A DNA stretch of 64,000 nt, from the NCBI GenBank assembly GCA_030141605.1, contig JAQGDQ010000052.1:310001-374000 (forward strand). Direction: 5' to 3'. Each line of letters starts with the position of its first letter. Position 1 is the first letter of the stretch. Made by a program: the position numbers and the translations under genes. The notes below the pieces were generated by a model. It saw nothing but the letters and a program-made list of their open reading frames with translations, was not told where the DNA came from and made no database searches. The DNA comes from Tubiluchus corallicola. Lineage: Eukaryota; Animalia; Priapulida. This document shows positions 1 to 45,700 of this stretch, in pieces.

Positions 1-1540
1 TTAGCCACAACACTGCAATAAATAAATTGTCCGGTCGAAAATTTGACATTTAGGATCTGCTATTATTTTCATTCTTTGATGTTTATAGTTTCCGAGATAC
101 GCATCTTTTTGCAGTAACTCAAAAATTAGGCAGTGATACGTGAATCAAATTTGGTGTGCTTGTAGCTAGGGTAAAGGGTCACCTTATCTTATAGTTTCGG
201 GTCGTGACCCTTTGACTCGCCTGAGTTATATGACCCGAAAATCCTCAAAATACGTCCACTTTTGATAAACCATTACTCCTACAAGAAGCACCACCTATGC
301 AAATGAAAAAGGCAAGTAAAGTACTATGCTTTGGCTATAGATGCTCTGCTCCGTTTTGACGAGTCTTGAACAAGCTGTTTTACAAGGCATCAAACATGCA
401 ATATTGTCCGTATAATACTTCCGCTCTGTGAACGGAAGATATAGGTCTTACAGAGGCATGCCATGTATCATTGGATTCGCAGTGAAACATAGAATAAGAT
501 ACGGTGTGCTAAAAGTTTTTCCTCTTTTTTCTTTACCCGGACACTCACAAAACACATAATTTTCAGTTTGTATTACACTATTTCTATTTTCAACTGGCAA
601 AATGTCAAAAATGGATATATTTTGGCGAAAGATGCACTGGCGAAGTGTACTACAATTTAAACATTTACTGTGCTATCTACCATACTACTTATCGCCATTT
701 TGTTGCTAAACGAAACCCTCGCAATTTTGGTGCAGTGTATCTGATTCCTTGTGTTATAGCGAATGGAGAGATGTACTGCACACCCCTATACGACTTACAG
801 CTTCGTTTACACAGTGTTTAAAGGAAACAATATCGGTTTTTGGTATTTTAGCCATATCTTTCTTTTGACGATGCTTGATGACACTGACGTACATGTATTA
901 GTGCTCTCTCTTTATAATTTCCTGGCTACGTGCCTGAATGCAATGACCTTAATTTTTCAAACGAAAAGCTATCGGTAATTCTCACTGTGACGCAAGAGCG
1001 TTTATCATTGTTAAATTTATGGCGCTTATCAGTTCGTGGATTTTGCTATAATGTACCCATTGTTGTTGGAGTTACACAGTCGGGGTGCATTCTATGCTAT
1101 ATTGTTCCTAATTTCGAACTTCAGATAAAGACTTTTCTCCCATCAAAACCGCTGAAATTTTCTGAATACTTTTTCGAATTTGATTCATTTGCAGATTGTT
1201 GTAGACCTAGGTGTTAGCAATTTACCCTACGCAGTTTAATGACAGTGTTATTGGCCCTCATTTATTACGTATAACAGTTTTTGCAATTGCAATGTCTTTA
1301 TTCGTTTTTTATTGACGGGGAACACAGCATCATATGCTTTGCTAACCAAAATGACGTGGAAACAAAGGGGAATTCATGTTGCAGAATATCGTTTGTTTAA
1401 CCTGTGAAACAAGTAAGTTCTTCTTCGGCATCGTTTTTGCATTTCCTTTTCATTTTCTTTTTGCCCTTTTTTCACTCTGTGAAGAAACAGTAGCTATATA
1501 CCTCAATTTTTTGTGCAAAAGAGACGTAGGAGGTGATATA

Positions 1541-1762
1541 TAGGGTGTTCGGAAAGTCACCATGCACTCTTCTAATCATGTTTTTTTTATTTCAGCTTTT
1601 GATCCCAATATGCTTTTGATCCAAACAAATTAAGAAAGATCCAAGCCTGTAGTAATGCTAACGGGGTCAGTTTGAACATTCTGTATTGTATATCCTGTAT
1701 TTTATGTTGAGATATGTCTGTTAATAAATATGTAAGTGCACAGTGACTTTCCGAGCACCCAT
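1541..1762. mobile_element. Tc1/mariner-derived MITE
   Basis: About 28-bp TIRs (AGGGTGTTCGGAAAGTCACCATGCACT / AGTGCACAGTGACTTTCCGAGCACCC) flanked by TA; the interior keeps a decayed mariner-like C-terminus (IQAC..ANG..FEH). Confidence 0.75.
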
Positions 1763-2303
1763 ATAGCTTTTATGCAGCTTTGGGTTGGGTGGGATCTTAC
1801 TAAGGAAAAGTATGGCGGAAAAAGGAGGACAGAATTTAAACCAATTTTATTTTATTCCCTTTTTAAAACTAAAAAGTTTTTAGAATGACGTATGGCTTAA
1901 ACTTGAAGATGTTTGTGTTAAATTCGCTAATTTTCATAAATATCCAAGATGGTCGATTAAAGCTAGAACAGTTTGTTCATACACATCAAAACGTTTGTCT
2001 ACGCTTACATAAATGTTCTAGCCTACTTTTGGAAAAACGAAATCTTGGAATTGTATGACGCCAATATAATTATTGGCAAGAAGGAGGGAAGAAGGGGAGA
2101 AAAAGCTATGAGAGGCACAAGATTTGCTATAATCAACTTTTGAAGGGGGAGGGTGCTGCCCTCTTTATAAGACATGTTTTTTCAAGGATGTGATCGTCCG
2201 TTTTTATGTTTAAAAATAAACAAGAATTTAACAATATGAAGCATCCCATCCCTATCCCTATTCCTATATCTGTCTTCATCTCTATCTCCTTTTCTATCTG
2301 TAC

Positions 2304-2308
<5 letters not shown>

Positions 2309-2386
<78 letters not shown>

Positions 2387-2486
2387 GATCGATCCACCCA
2401 TCCATCCATCCATCCATCCATCCATCCATCCATCCATCCATCCATCCATCCATCCATCCATCCATCCATCCATCCATCTATCTATC
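2309..2486. repeat. Compound microsatellite (CT)n-(TCTA)n-(TCCA)n
   Basis: Direct inspection. Confidence 0.97.
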
Positions 2487-2924
2487 GCTACCTCTAAGTC
2501 TCATCAATACCACACAGCCTTGAAAGCAAATCAGCATGGCTAAATTCTTATTATTTCATTTCATCTCGTTTCATCTCACCCTAGCCCCCCCCCTTGATTC
2601 ATTCTTTCCAACCAACTGATCCAAACATCCTCTGAATTTCGTGAAAATGTTCGCAGGTGCATGAAAGAAGAAACAAGTTTGGTTTTGTTTCATTTTAATG
2701 GGATTACCTAGGCCTAGTCCACATAGGTTTAAAACTTCAGCTTGTAGTTGCAATTCTCAGTTTTGTTATTTTGAAGAATTTAAGGTAATGATGTTATGTT
2801 ATTTAAACATGACTTTTCGATAAAGTATGTAATATTGTTGTTTATTTATTTATATTATAGGTAATCCCTGTCACAGGCAAATAAAATTCAAACAATAAGG
2901 AAATGTGAGTAATCAAAGACAGAA

Positions 2925-34333
<31,409 letters not shown>

Positions 34334-35099
34334 TGCAAGTTTAAAAATCGAACTGATAAGCATATAATCTTAATGCTTATTGTATTCCAATATTTACTGA
34401 TAATAGTCTGTGAATTTTAAAATACTATTTTCGTAATATTTAATGCTGATTGTACGGTGAAACTCGAACATACTACACTGCTTATTATGTGTAAAATAAC
34501 AGTACGTTTTTGAAGTTAAGTTATTATTTTATCTCTCTTATTATTATCTATTACAAAATTAAATGGGTATGCAAAAGTTAACTGAAACCTGATGATAACA
34601 TAATCACTTGAGCGCGGTTATTTTCTTACCGTACGACAAGAAAGTGTACTCTTATGCTTTTGACCTGTCAAGTGCTCGTGCTAAGGCTTAATATTCGGCC
34701 AAATGCGCGACAAAATATCATTGGCGATAAATTTGTTGGTTAATAATGTGGCTGAGCTCTTAACAGATTTTGACGTAGGAAGAAATTATGCGTCACAGTT
34801 TTTCAAAAAAAATGCCAAATCTGTCACAGGAGCTTTGTGAGGCGTTCCCAATACCAGAATCGCTTAGGGTGAACATAACTTATCAACCCGACGGTTATAT
34901 ACAATGTAAATTACATCCAGGAATCAATTTTACTATATAAACAACTTTAAATTGTAGCAACGAAGTTTCAAAACAAAATATTTTTCTAAAACAAAATAAA
35001 AAAAACAATGTTGACCCTTAAACATTGCGTCATTTTAAATAAAACCGATTTTTGATTGTCGTTAGTTAAAGAGCTGTAGATAACTAAAGGAGAGTAGAA

Positions 35100-35214
<115 letters not shown>

Positions 35215-36057
35215 TATTATAACTCTATTTTATTACATAAATACATACATTATATATATATATATAAATTCACTCTACTTGCAGGGACCAGCATCAACAT
35301 TATTATAATCAGTTAGAAAACAATTACAATTATCCCCTGTAATATCACTGGTGAAGACGCGATCTACAACAGTAAAACAGTTTTATATAAAAACATATTA
35401 ACAACTACAAGCAACATAGCTAGATTTACATTTAAATTTATATTTACCTAATTTTATAAATAACTTCATTGACGGGTAGCAATCTAATTATAAAAATGAC
35501 GCTAACCGGACTTCACATTTCTAAAAATAAACCGCACGTTTTTTAACTATATTTTCCTCTGGCATTTTCAACAGTTTCTAGAAACGCATCAATAGCATTT
35601 CTACTTCTTATTCTGTATATACTCTTAGGCTGCCTAGACGGAAGTGCAGTTTCAAGTTTCTTTCTGAGTTCGTCTTTATTATAGGACAGAATCAGTTTCT
35701 ATCAGACCGATTCTATTGCTAAACTCATTACAATCTCTCCCTAATAATAAGTTGAAAGCAATAGTTCACTTTATTATGTTGTTATTTGCAGATCTAAAGG
35801 TTTTGCAACAGAATTTCCAGTTAAATGGCTGCAATGAAGTAGTTTTCTTTTCCATAGAAACTCCAAGAATTTTTATCATTCTTTCTTTGTGTATTTTAGA
35901 TTGCCTTGTGGAACTGACTGTACCATTTTGTTTCGATTTGCGGTTAGGCGGTTAATAGTTTTTAAGAATAATTTAGTCTTATTTAGGTGTTCTACCAGGA
36001 AATGGCTGCAATATTCAGCACTAATGTAATTCTCGTCCGCTATAATTAGTTCTTTTC

Positions 36058-36220
<163 letters not shown>

Positions 36221-37682
36221 AATATTGGGTCAACATGAAAAAGCAAGCTCTTCTAAAATCATTTAAAACTTTATATATTTTTCCAATAAAACTTTCTGTC
36301 ATGAAAATAGATGCAAATGTTACGAATAAATCTAATTAAAAAAAATAAATGCAGAAACAGTTTTAAATAAAAAAGTTTAGAGATCTGAGAAAAGAATAGA
36401 GTTCAATTCAACGAAATATGTTTATTTTACACTTTGCCAAAGCCATTTTACTCATTTTATATAAATTCTAATCGTGGCTATTATACAAAACGCCTTGGCA
36501 AAGCGTGAAATTCGCAAAAAAATTATTTCCCACTTTTCCCAAAACGCATAGGTTTTATATGAAATGCCCAGGGCTTTTACAAAAAAGCTAAATTTTACAC
36601 ATTGCCTGTAACAAACATATTGTCAATTTTACACTTTATATTTGAACGTCTGGAAAATTTGTGCCAACTTTTTTCATTATATTTTCCTGAGGTGTTTTTC
36701 ATTGTCTAAGAGTGAACAATATGAGCGGAAGACTGCATAAACGGAACAATGCATAAGGCATGCTTGCTGCGTTTTTCTGAAACAAAGAAAAAGAAAATAA
36801 GACATTTAGAATCATCATCACTCACCATTCACATATAATTGGACTGCCTGCTACATTGCTCTTCAATAGTAATTACTAAATTCCTTAGTGAATTTCGTTA
36901 ATATTAATTTTGATATTACATTGTACACAAACAATTTTCGCAATTGTAACAGTAATAATGACGAAACTCTCAACAGACACTGCCGTGTTCTTGAAGTTTG
37001 GACTTTGCTTTCACTAGACGCGTGGCACAACATTCACGTTAGTGTTAAAATAATTCCAGTTCCTAGTCATCGGTGATTATTTCTTCAGTGTGAAATAGAA
37101 CCATAAATTCGTAAAATGAAACGCATGAGGTGAAAAAGGCGTTGTAAAACATATTTTCTTTTGCGAGGTGTTTACGCGTTAAGAACACTACGTACGTGTA
37201 AAATAGCGGCTTGTGTTTGATTTGGAGACATTTGAAGAAGTAGGTAAAGCGTCTATTTTACAATAATTTGACCTGTTTTGTTTTCCGTAATTTTTCTTTT
37301 TTCTCGGTCGTCCTTCCCTTTCTGCCACTTTCTTCTTTTTTCATGTCTAGCTATCCATCTCTACATTCAGCTTTCTCAGTTCAATTCAGTCCAGTTTATT
37401 GCACTAATACTGTGTACATTCAAGTACATTGGCAGTACAAGTAAAAACAAGACTAAGTGTATACAAGGTATTATAACAAAAAAAACCCGCTGTACTATGA
37501 CAAAAATTTTGACAAAAACAAATCAGCTGTTTCGGATTATGTTTAATTTCTAAAACAATACATGGCAATATTTTATACATAATATACACATGGTATTTTA
37601 CACATACTTATTTCCAGGAAATTACAAATCTGTTTTAACCATTTGTTTATAATAAAAATAAAGTATATAGGCCTATAGTTTT

Positions 37683-38096
37683 CGAGTCAAGGTGATAAAG
37701 TCACAAGTAAAAAAGTCTCAGAAAGAAGTCACAGAAACTCTAGCCCCTAGCCTTAGCCAATGTTAATTGTGACTTTTTCCTGTGACGTGTTTCCGAATGC
37801 AGGTAAAAAAAGTCAGGCAAAAAAGTTACAGACAGAAAAGTCACACAAAAAGGCGCAGGAAAAAAGAAATAAACCTATCCTTAACCCTAACCCTATTGCT
37901 AACCCTGACCGTAACCTGTAACAGTAAACCACCTAACCCCAGCTAACATTAATTATAACTTTCATTTACTATGACCTTTTTCCTTGCTAAAATTGTGACT
38001 TTTTTCTGCGACTTTTCTTGCGACCGGTCACCGTTTTTCCTAGCCAAAATTGCGACTTTTTTCCAGTGAGACTATGGACTTTGTTACCGGTTGTCA
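37683..38096. mobile_element. Helentron-associated (HINE/DINE-like) non-autonomous element
   Basis: Subterminal inverted repeats GGTGATAAAGTC / GACTTTGTTACC; repeated AAAAAGTCAC / GTGACTTTTT; internal (TAACCC)-like tract; T-rich flanks. Confidence 0.55.
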
Positions 38097-38577
38097 GTTT
38101 TTGTATCTAACAAAAACGAGAAAAATTGGTGCATGCGGGCCAATCTACTCTTGCACATTTAATAACAAAAGCGCCGAATAATTAAGGCCAATGTCATGTT
38201 ACCCACCTTTCCTTTTGTATATTGTAATTGTAATATTTATTTCCACTTCAAACAAAATATTTTTACAAAATTTTTCCAAAAACAAACACTCTACACAAAA
38301 TTTCTGCACAATACACATAATAAATAATATTTCGTTTGTTTGCCAGAATTAAAGAGGACCTTGTGCATTGACAGGGGAGTGGGAAGGGTTAGGAAAACAA
38401 AAGACTGGAAATGTTAGTGCTTAGAGGGAAGTTGAAAGGGAAAACATGTAGGATGGGTTAGTAGAACTAAAACTATCCTCTATAACGGTATACAAAAGTA
38501 AATTAAATCATATAATGCTAATAAGCTCTTTAGGAATTTTGTCTCGTTGGAATCTTTTTCTAGATTTACAACACCAG

Positions 38578-38794
38578 ATGGATTTGTTTGGAAGCAATAA
38601 AGAGGACTTGCAAGTTTTGGACGGCGGTTGGGGCTGGGTAATTGTAGGTGCCTCTTTTTTTGTGAACAGTTTGACATGGGGTCAGCTCAAAGCTTACGGT
38701 GTTATATTGGAGGAAATTGAAGAAGTTTTTGGCACATCAGTTGCTACAGCAGCACTAGTGAATGGCCTTTCGTTTGGACTTACTTTCGGTCTTG
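38578..38794 (+). CDS. SLC16 exon 1
   Basis: Acceptor TAG at 38561-63, ATG 38578, DGGWGW motif, donor GTAAGT at 38795. Confidence 0.88.
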
Positions 38795-41700
38795 GTAAGT
38801 TTGCTGGGGGAAATTAAAAACGTTATAACGTTAACATTTTATACCAGTTATTGTTAATATATTTTTAACCTAAACAACTTTAAAATGATGAAGCACTAAT
38901 CTATTTACGCTGCTAATAGGCTACACTGTAACAGTTTACGGCTGATAATCTATGTGATACTCCAGAATGTGGGGTGACCGAAGCTGTGCATTTGTTTTGT
39001 GATAGTAATAGGTGCTACATCAAACATTGTAAACTTGTAAACAAATATTGTAAACTTATAAAGCAGACAGGAAGCTGTAAACCGTGGTCTTACATTTACA
39101 CTGTAGCCTTATATCACTCCCTTTTATTCAAATGTTTTTTATCACATAAAAGAAAAATTATTCTAAATTTGATGCCTTTAACTATCGATTGGTCCTATAA
39201 TCTTTCTAACATAACCCTATAATCAATGGCGTCGTGCTATAGGGGCCGGGGGGGCTGCCCCCCAAATTGTTTACAAAATCGTCAAAAATTTTAAGGGTTT
39301 CGGCGGCTTGTAATGAGACCAATAAGGTGTAAAATTTTGAGGAACGGTGAAATCTCCCACTGTAGCATGATATACGATTATATATACACATAGGTATGAT
39401 TATTGATTGAATCTAATGTCAAGATGGAGAAAGTCACGACTCTTTGCACCTTCTACATGGCTGATCTCGATGAAGAAACCCTTGAGTTGGAGTACCCTTT
39501 GTTTACTCATGCTGTCGCTGCAGACTCTGTTCCTGAACATGTCAACACAAACTGAATTCACTCAGTATACTGTTATATGACTTCTTCTGGACTGGACAAA
39601 CTTTACCCAATGATCTCCATCACATACCAGTTGATTCTGACTCTTGCTCTTGTGAGAAATCCTTTTCTGCTCTTAAATTTGTCAAGAATGCTCTCCGCAG
39701 TACAGTGAGTCAGTCACGACTGAGTGACCTGATGATCCATGCAGTTGAGGCTGAGAAAACAAAGAATATGGACTTGAAGTCTGTGGTTGAGCTCTTCTGG
39801 AATGATGTTCTGCGTCGTTAGTACAAATTTTTAGTGCATTAATTCATATGTGTCGCTGTATATCACTTTTTACGCTTTAACCTCTTTGTTTTATCTTGGT
39901 GTAAACTGTAATACCTGTCATTGCTTTTCTACTATACACCTATAGTCATCCTGTAATGCATTCATGTTATGTTGTTGGCTTTGACTGTGTTGCTGAATCA
40001 TTTAAAAATAACGTTTGTTGTTTGTTCAATATCTTCATCTTGTCTCGGAATAAAAAGTTTAGTAACTGTTAAAAATACTAAATTAAGGGTACATATATTT
40101 TGGTAGTCGTCTTTTCATTGAATCTTTGGATTCCTGACAGCTTAATTTTAAATTAATTTTTAATTTTAATTAAATTTTTGTATCTATGGTTTTAAGTTAA
40201 ATGCCAGTTGGGAATAAATAAATCGTTTTTCTTGCACGCAAAATACTGGTGTGGGAATTCAAAATTATACGTTTTTTAAACAGTTAAGTTCCGCTATTAT
40301 ATACAGTCGGGCCCCCCTAATTTTTTTTGGTGCACGACGCCCCTGCCTATAATAGCGTTATATAGGGCACAGCTTAGCTATTATTTTGACCTTCAGTCAC
40401 CTACGTTAGGTACAATGCTGACATAAGTGATGTTTAGTTGTAGTGTCTCATTTCTATACTTGAACGATCGCCATTATTGTTCATATAATAAATAAATTAG
40501 TGATTTTGTATTTTCAAAACTACCAATTTTCCTCTAGTGTTTTTTGCATGAAGGCAACTGTATAAGAATAAAAATACATAAAGATGCAGTGTACGTTGAA
40601 ACTACCAATTTTTATTGCTGGTACGTGTATTTTTTGTGTTCTTTAGCACCACTTACGTCGATGCTGTGTAATGTGTTCGGAGTATGGAAAATAACGATGA
40701 TTGGCGGATTTTTGGCTGCTTTTGGCATCACAAGTTGCTATTTTGCAACAAAAATTGAATGGTTCTTCGTTACATATGGGTTAATGTTTGGTAAGTATAA
40801 GTGTAGTTTTTTGAGTTTTCATGGATTTTAAAAAGGGAAATTTTATCAGTAATAACAGGTTAGCTTTCATAGCGATTAAAATTGTAGCCCTCTGTACCTA
40901 GAGCTAATTTCAACACTAAATTTTTTTGGCCAAATTTAGATGAATATTTTAAGTTATGCCATCTAAAATGAATAGGATAGTAGTTTAAACACGCTTTATA
41001 TAGACTTGCTATATAAGCATTGACTTAGTACTGATGAAAAGTTTGGTACACACAACCCTATCATCTGGCAATAGGGTGTTTCAAGATGTTTCACAAAATT
41101 GCCACGTGCGTCGCTGCGTGGGTAGTGGATGTACTTTGCTGCTGCGCTGCGCTGCTGACAATTATTTGAAAGGAATGTAGGTAAAAATGGCACAGGTAGA
41201 ATGGTACAGGAAAAATGGCACATCTAGTAAAATATGTGTTTATAGTTAGGGTTACAGTGGGGTATAACTATTTTAGTTACTTTACTTCTATCAAGGAAGT
41301 TGTGCTTCAACACAGTTTGTTATTCGGTTGTTTTTTGTCAAAATGGTAGCAAACATATTACGCAACAACTACCTAACAGATTTCCAAGAAACTTTGTGAA
41401 GAAAGGCAGGTATATGGTGCCAAATGGGAATCTTTTCGCCGGTTCTTTTTTCGCAAAAATTGACTGACACCATTTACAAAAAGCACCCGCGGAAGTCTCG
41501 GAGGGAGCGTTTACTACTTCTTTTTTGTCATCTTCAAATAGACAAACAAGTACGAGGTAACTCCAGTTACATTATGAGAAATTAAAACTGTGTGACGCTG
41601 TCTGTAACCTTTGCTTATTAATCGTATAACCTCATAAGGTGACTTGACTTGCCATGTAAATACGCATGTGTTAAATTTTGTCAGTCAATAGTCAGCGAAT

Positions 41701-42688
41701 GCCAAAATTAATAGCTAAATAAAGTAGATAAACACTATGTGGAATATTCGTGCATCATTGATTGCAAATGTATTTAATGAACAAATATTTTGTGTCTTTT
41801 GTTGGTCTATTTGCCAAAAATAAAGGAGCTTTTTTGGTTGTATGCTTGTTTGTCTTTGTATTAAGATTTTTTTAATCAAAAGAATCAGACAAATAAGTTT
41901 AGGATGGTTCGGCTTTGGCAGAGATCTACTTCTTACTGAGCGCATTCTAGTTTTATTATAGAAATTAATTGCATCAAAATAACGTATGTGCCATTTTCAC
42001 CTATTTTCCATTTGTGCCATTTTTTCTGTGCCATTTTTTGTTTGTGCCATTTTTTCTGTGCCATATTGCCTTGTGCCATTTTTACGGTGCCCTTTTTCCT
42101 GTGCCATTTTTACTCGTGTTGAGATTAACCGAATTGAACGAATTTTGTATCTAATCATGGATTTTTATATGACAAATTCAACCAAACAACTTTAAAAAAT
42201 CAAAAAGCTGTCTTAAACCTGAAATTGCAATTTCGAACAACAAAAATTACCACTGTAGGAGTATAGCTTAAGCTACATAGACGTAAATATACAGTGTACA
42301 TACCTTGATATCTAAGTTGTTCACAGTTCTTGTGAACTCTTGCTTATTGTCAGATTTAGTAAAATCAACAAGCCATTGTAGTTACCAGTATTGAAATTGG
42401 TGCCAGATTCATGAATGCTGCCAGCTACGCTACTGTAAAGGTTAAGTTGGTAAGACTTTTAAGCAGAACAGACTGTATACAGTGTATAGGTACACATTTT
42501 CCGTCTTATACAGCAACCATTTCGTAGGGGTGATAGATCGACACCCAGATTCTTAAAGTTCAACAGGATGGAGACTTGGCGCTTGACTTTCGTCACCGTC
42601 ATACGTTTTAGAATCACTATCAGATGGCATGTTTTGGTAGATTTCTCTTCATTGCAAGTTTCAGCAAGTGTCTTTTTAGTTTTGTTCT

Positions 42689-42755
<67 letters not shown>

Positions 42756-45700
42756 GTGTGTGTGTGCGCGCGCGTGCGTGTGTGCGTGTGTGCGTGTGTG
42801 CGTGCGTGTTAGTATTTATAATTGCGAATGATACATGCCACCTTGGGTGACTGCTGTTACTGGAAGTCTTTTCCCTCTGAATTTATAGCAGTATCGAAGA
42901 TAGACTGCTTCGCAGGATCTTAGAGACTAGATATGGGTTCCGCACCAGTATAAATATGTAATGGTACAATCACATCAGCAACATTTGCACTGCATAGTGC
43001 CTTATAGGTTATATGTGGCCGTCTTTATCTTTATGCAGAATATTTTTGGTACCATTAATGAAAGACAATCCTGTATGCCGTTGATGTTCAGTGTCATTGA
43101 AACCTATGTGCAGGTCATATGGATCATTTACAAAAATCATCGTTGACACAAATGCTTTCTTTGCATATAATCATCCAAAGTAAGTTGTTTACCGTCTTGC
43201 TTCTCCCCCTCCTCATTTGCTGAGACTGCCGAATGAAGCCCATGTCTACTTCAGCTATGTAGTTATCGAGCATGTCTACTTCAATAAGTTGGAGTTGTCA
43301 ACTAATTTTGTTTTCATCTCCATTGTTTCATTAACATTGAATTTTAGAGCCGTCATCAGTGACTCGTATTGCATTACATCACTTGGCCTTAAATGTATCC
43401 TCGCATTTGTGAGCCAGAGAGGTAACTTGTGTCGTAGGTTTGTCCAAAGAATTCCACTTGACGAAAAATGTGCAGTTTGTGCACCTGTACACTACACAAA
43501 GCCTGCTCTGCCTAAATGATTTACCAACTTGACCGTAACAGTGGCTGGCACTGAATTTCATCCATCTGACACCAGTTCGAACAGTGGTAATTACATGATG
43601 ATTTGCCTGACTCCAATGAATCAAACAACAAGTAGAGTTCATACGAACTATAAACAACTTAGATATCGAGATATGTACATTGTACAATTATATAGCTTGA
43701 CCTATAATGCTGATTCTTTTAAAGTTGTTCAATTGAATTTGTCATACCAAAAAAATGTATGATTAGATACGAAATTCAGTCAAATCGGTTAATCTCAACA
43801 TTATGAGTAAAATTGAAATTTGACCGAAAGTACATTGACCTTATCAAACTTGCAGTCTTAGCTACCTAATGAAAGGTCAGAGATAGGTCAAACCATATAT
43901 TCTCTTATTCGGCGTGTCAAGGGGAGTATTTTGAAGTACGTTTCGTTGAAATTTGCGCATTTTTTAAATTTGGCCCCCGTTGACCCCCGTTGGCTTTACA
44001 AAAAATGCTGATTTTTTTTCAGTGTCCTTTAGCGATCTAAAACAGCTTTCAAATCTTTGTTCTATCGAGTGTCACAGGACGTTAAGATTGCTCCTCAACT
44101 GTTATGTCGGTTTGTTTATTAATTCGATGACTTTATGTGAGTTGTGTGAATTTTAGGCCGTGACTTTTTTTAGCCCTGCTTACCAATCCAGCAGAGATGT
44201 GCCGATCCGATAAATAATGACGATCGGCAAGCGAACTTGCATATTGGAACATATCAAGAGATCGGGCTGATAAACTTTAATATCAGCAATAGTAACGCGG
44301 CTTAGTGACGAGCAGTTAAGTGAAAATAAATCGTAATTCAACTTCATTTTAATTCAACTTCAAGTTAACCAAACTGTTTAGAAAAGTAACAAGTCAGTTA
44401 ACTGGCAGAAGACGGTTTTTATTTTTCTAACGCATTATGAGGTGTTAACCGGTATTTATAATTACATATTTATCCTAAAAGTAAAATTAAACGTTTACAG
44501 ACACATGAATTGCTTTGTTATCCCAGAAGTAAACAAATTATCTCTGATACAGTAGTGTCAACCAAGCAAATGATTTTGGGCCTATTATATCCATACAATA
44601 ACTTGCTGCTATCAAATACTAACAGACTGGGAAACACTCTGGTAATCTGTCAATTTGGTGTTGAACTGCTGAACCAGCTGAGATTATATGGCTCATAACT
44701 GTTAAGATTGGGAAGCTAATATTATCTTTTGGCGTATTACCTCGTTTAAATTGATTACTGGGCTAATTACAATTTGTAAATAGTAAACGAGTTTAATTTT
44801 TTTCATAATTTCATCAGACACTAATTAAATAATTTTATTGTTAATTTATATACACATATACTTACACTATTAGTCAAACAATAAACCTAATCTGTAGTGT
44901 AATTTATGTACACACACATTTAGATTACTTTCAACTTTGTCTGAGGTTGGCCATAAGTAGGATTACTGCTGAAATTTGCAAGCTATATCACAATTTCTTA
45001 GTTTCTCACTTAACTACTCAGATGTGCAATTAATTCGGTTAATATTGTGTAAGACATTCAAATTACAAATTTTCACCGATGTTAAATCTCAAAGGAAGAC
45101 CGGACAATTGTTTAGACTCAATCTCATTTTAATTTACTGTCCAAAATATACGTTTTCTTGCCTATAAAAGTTAACAATTGTTCCTTATATTTGAATAATT
45201 AGCTTAGAAAGTTAATTAACGGCAACCGAACGCAGCTATTGCTTACGTCAGAAACTAACCACAGTTTGTGCAATGGCAGGCGTCTTCCCTTGCGCGTCAA
45301 GCACATTTGCATGGGTGTTGCAGTCCTGTCTAAACGCATGATGTCACGAATAATGGGGTCTACGTCATGTGACGTCATGAAACTAACACAGCAGTTCATG
45401 ATCATGGTTATCACGGTACCGCCTTCTGTTTGTCGGCGACGCTGGTGACAAAAAGGCGCCGCTGCCAATCTTGATTCACTGAGCCCCGCGTAGTTTTGAA
45501 AGTTTAACGAAATTTGAGTATCCGAGGTAATTATTATTTAATCTAAGCTTTGATTTAAAATAAGCTACTGTAGTTTTCAATATTTTAGAGCATTCTTTAT
45601 TCTGAACTCGTGTTACACAATCATCCGGTTTTCCTTTAGAGTTTTCACCTGAAATAAATTTTCGTTCGAAATACATTTGTAATAAACTGCAATTAAGCCT

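Noticed and set aside
37880-37945. Telomere-like TAACCC repeats
   Set aside because: Short and degenerate, and internal to a HINE-like element; not an interstitial telomere.
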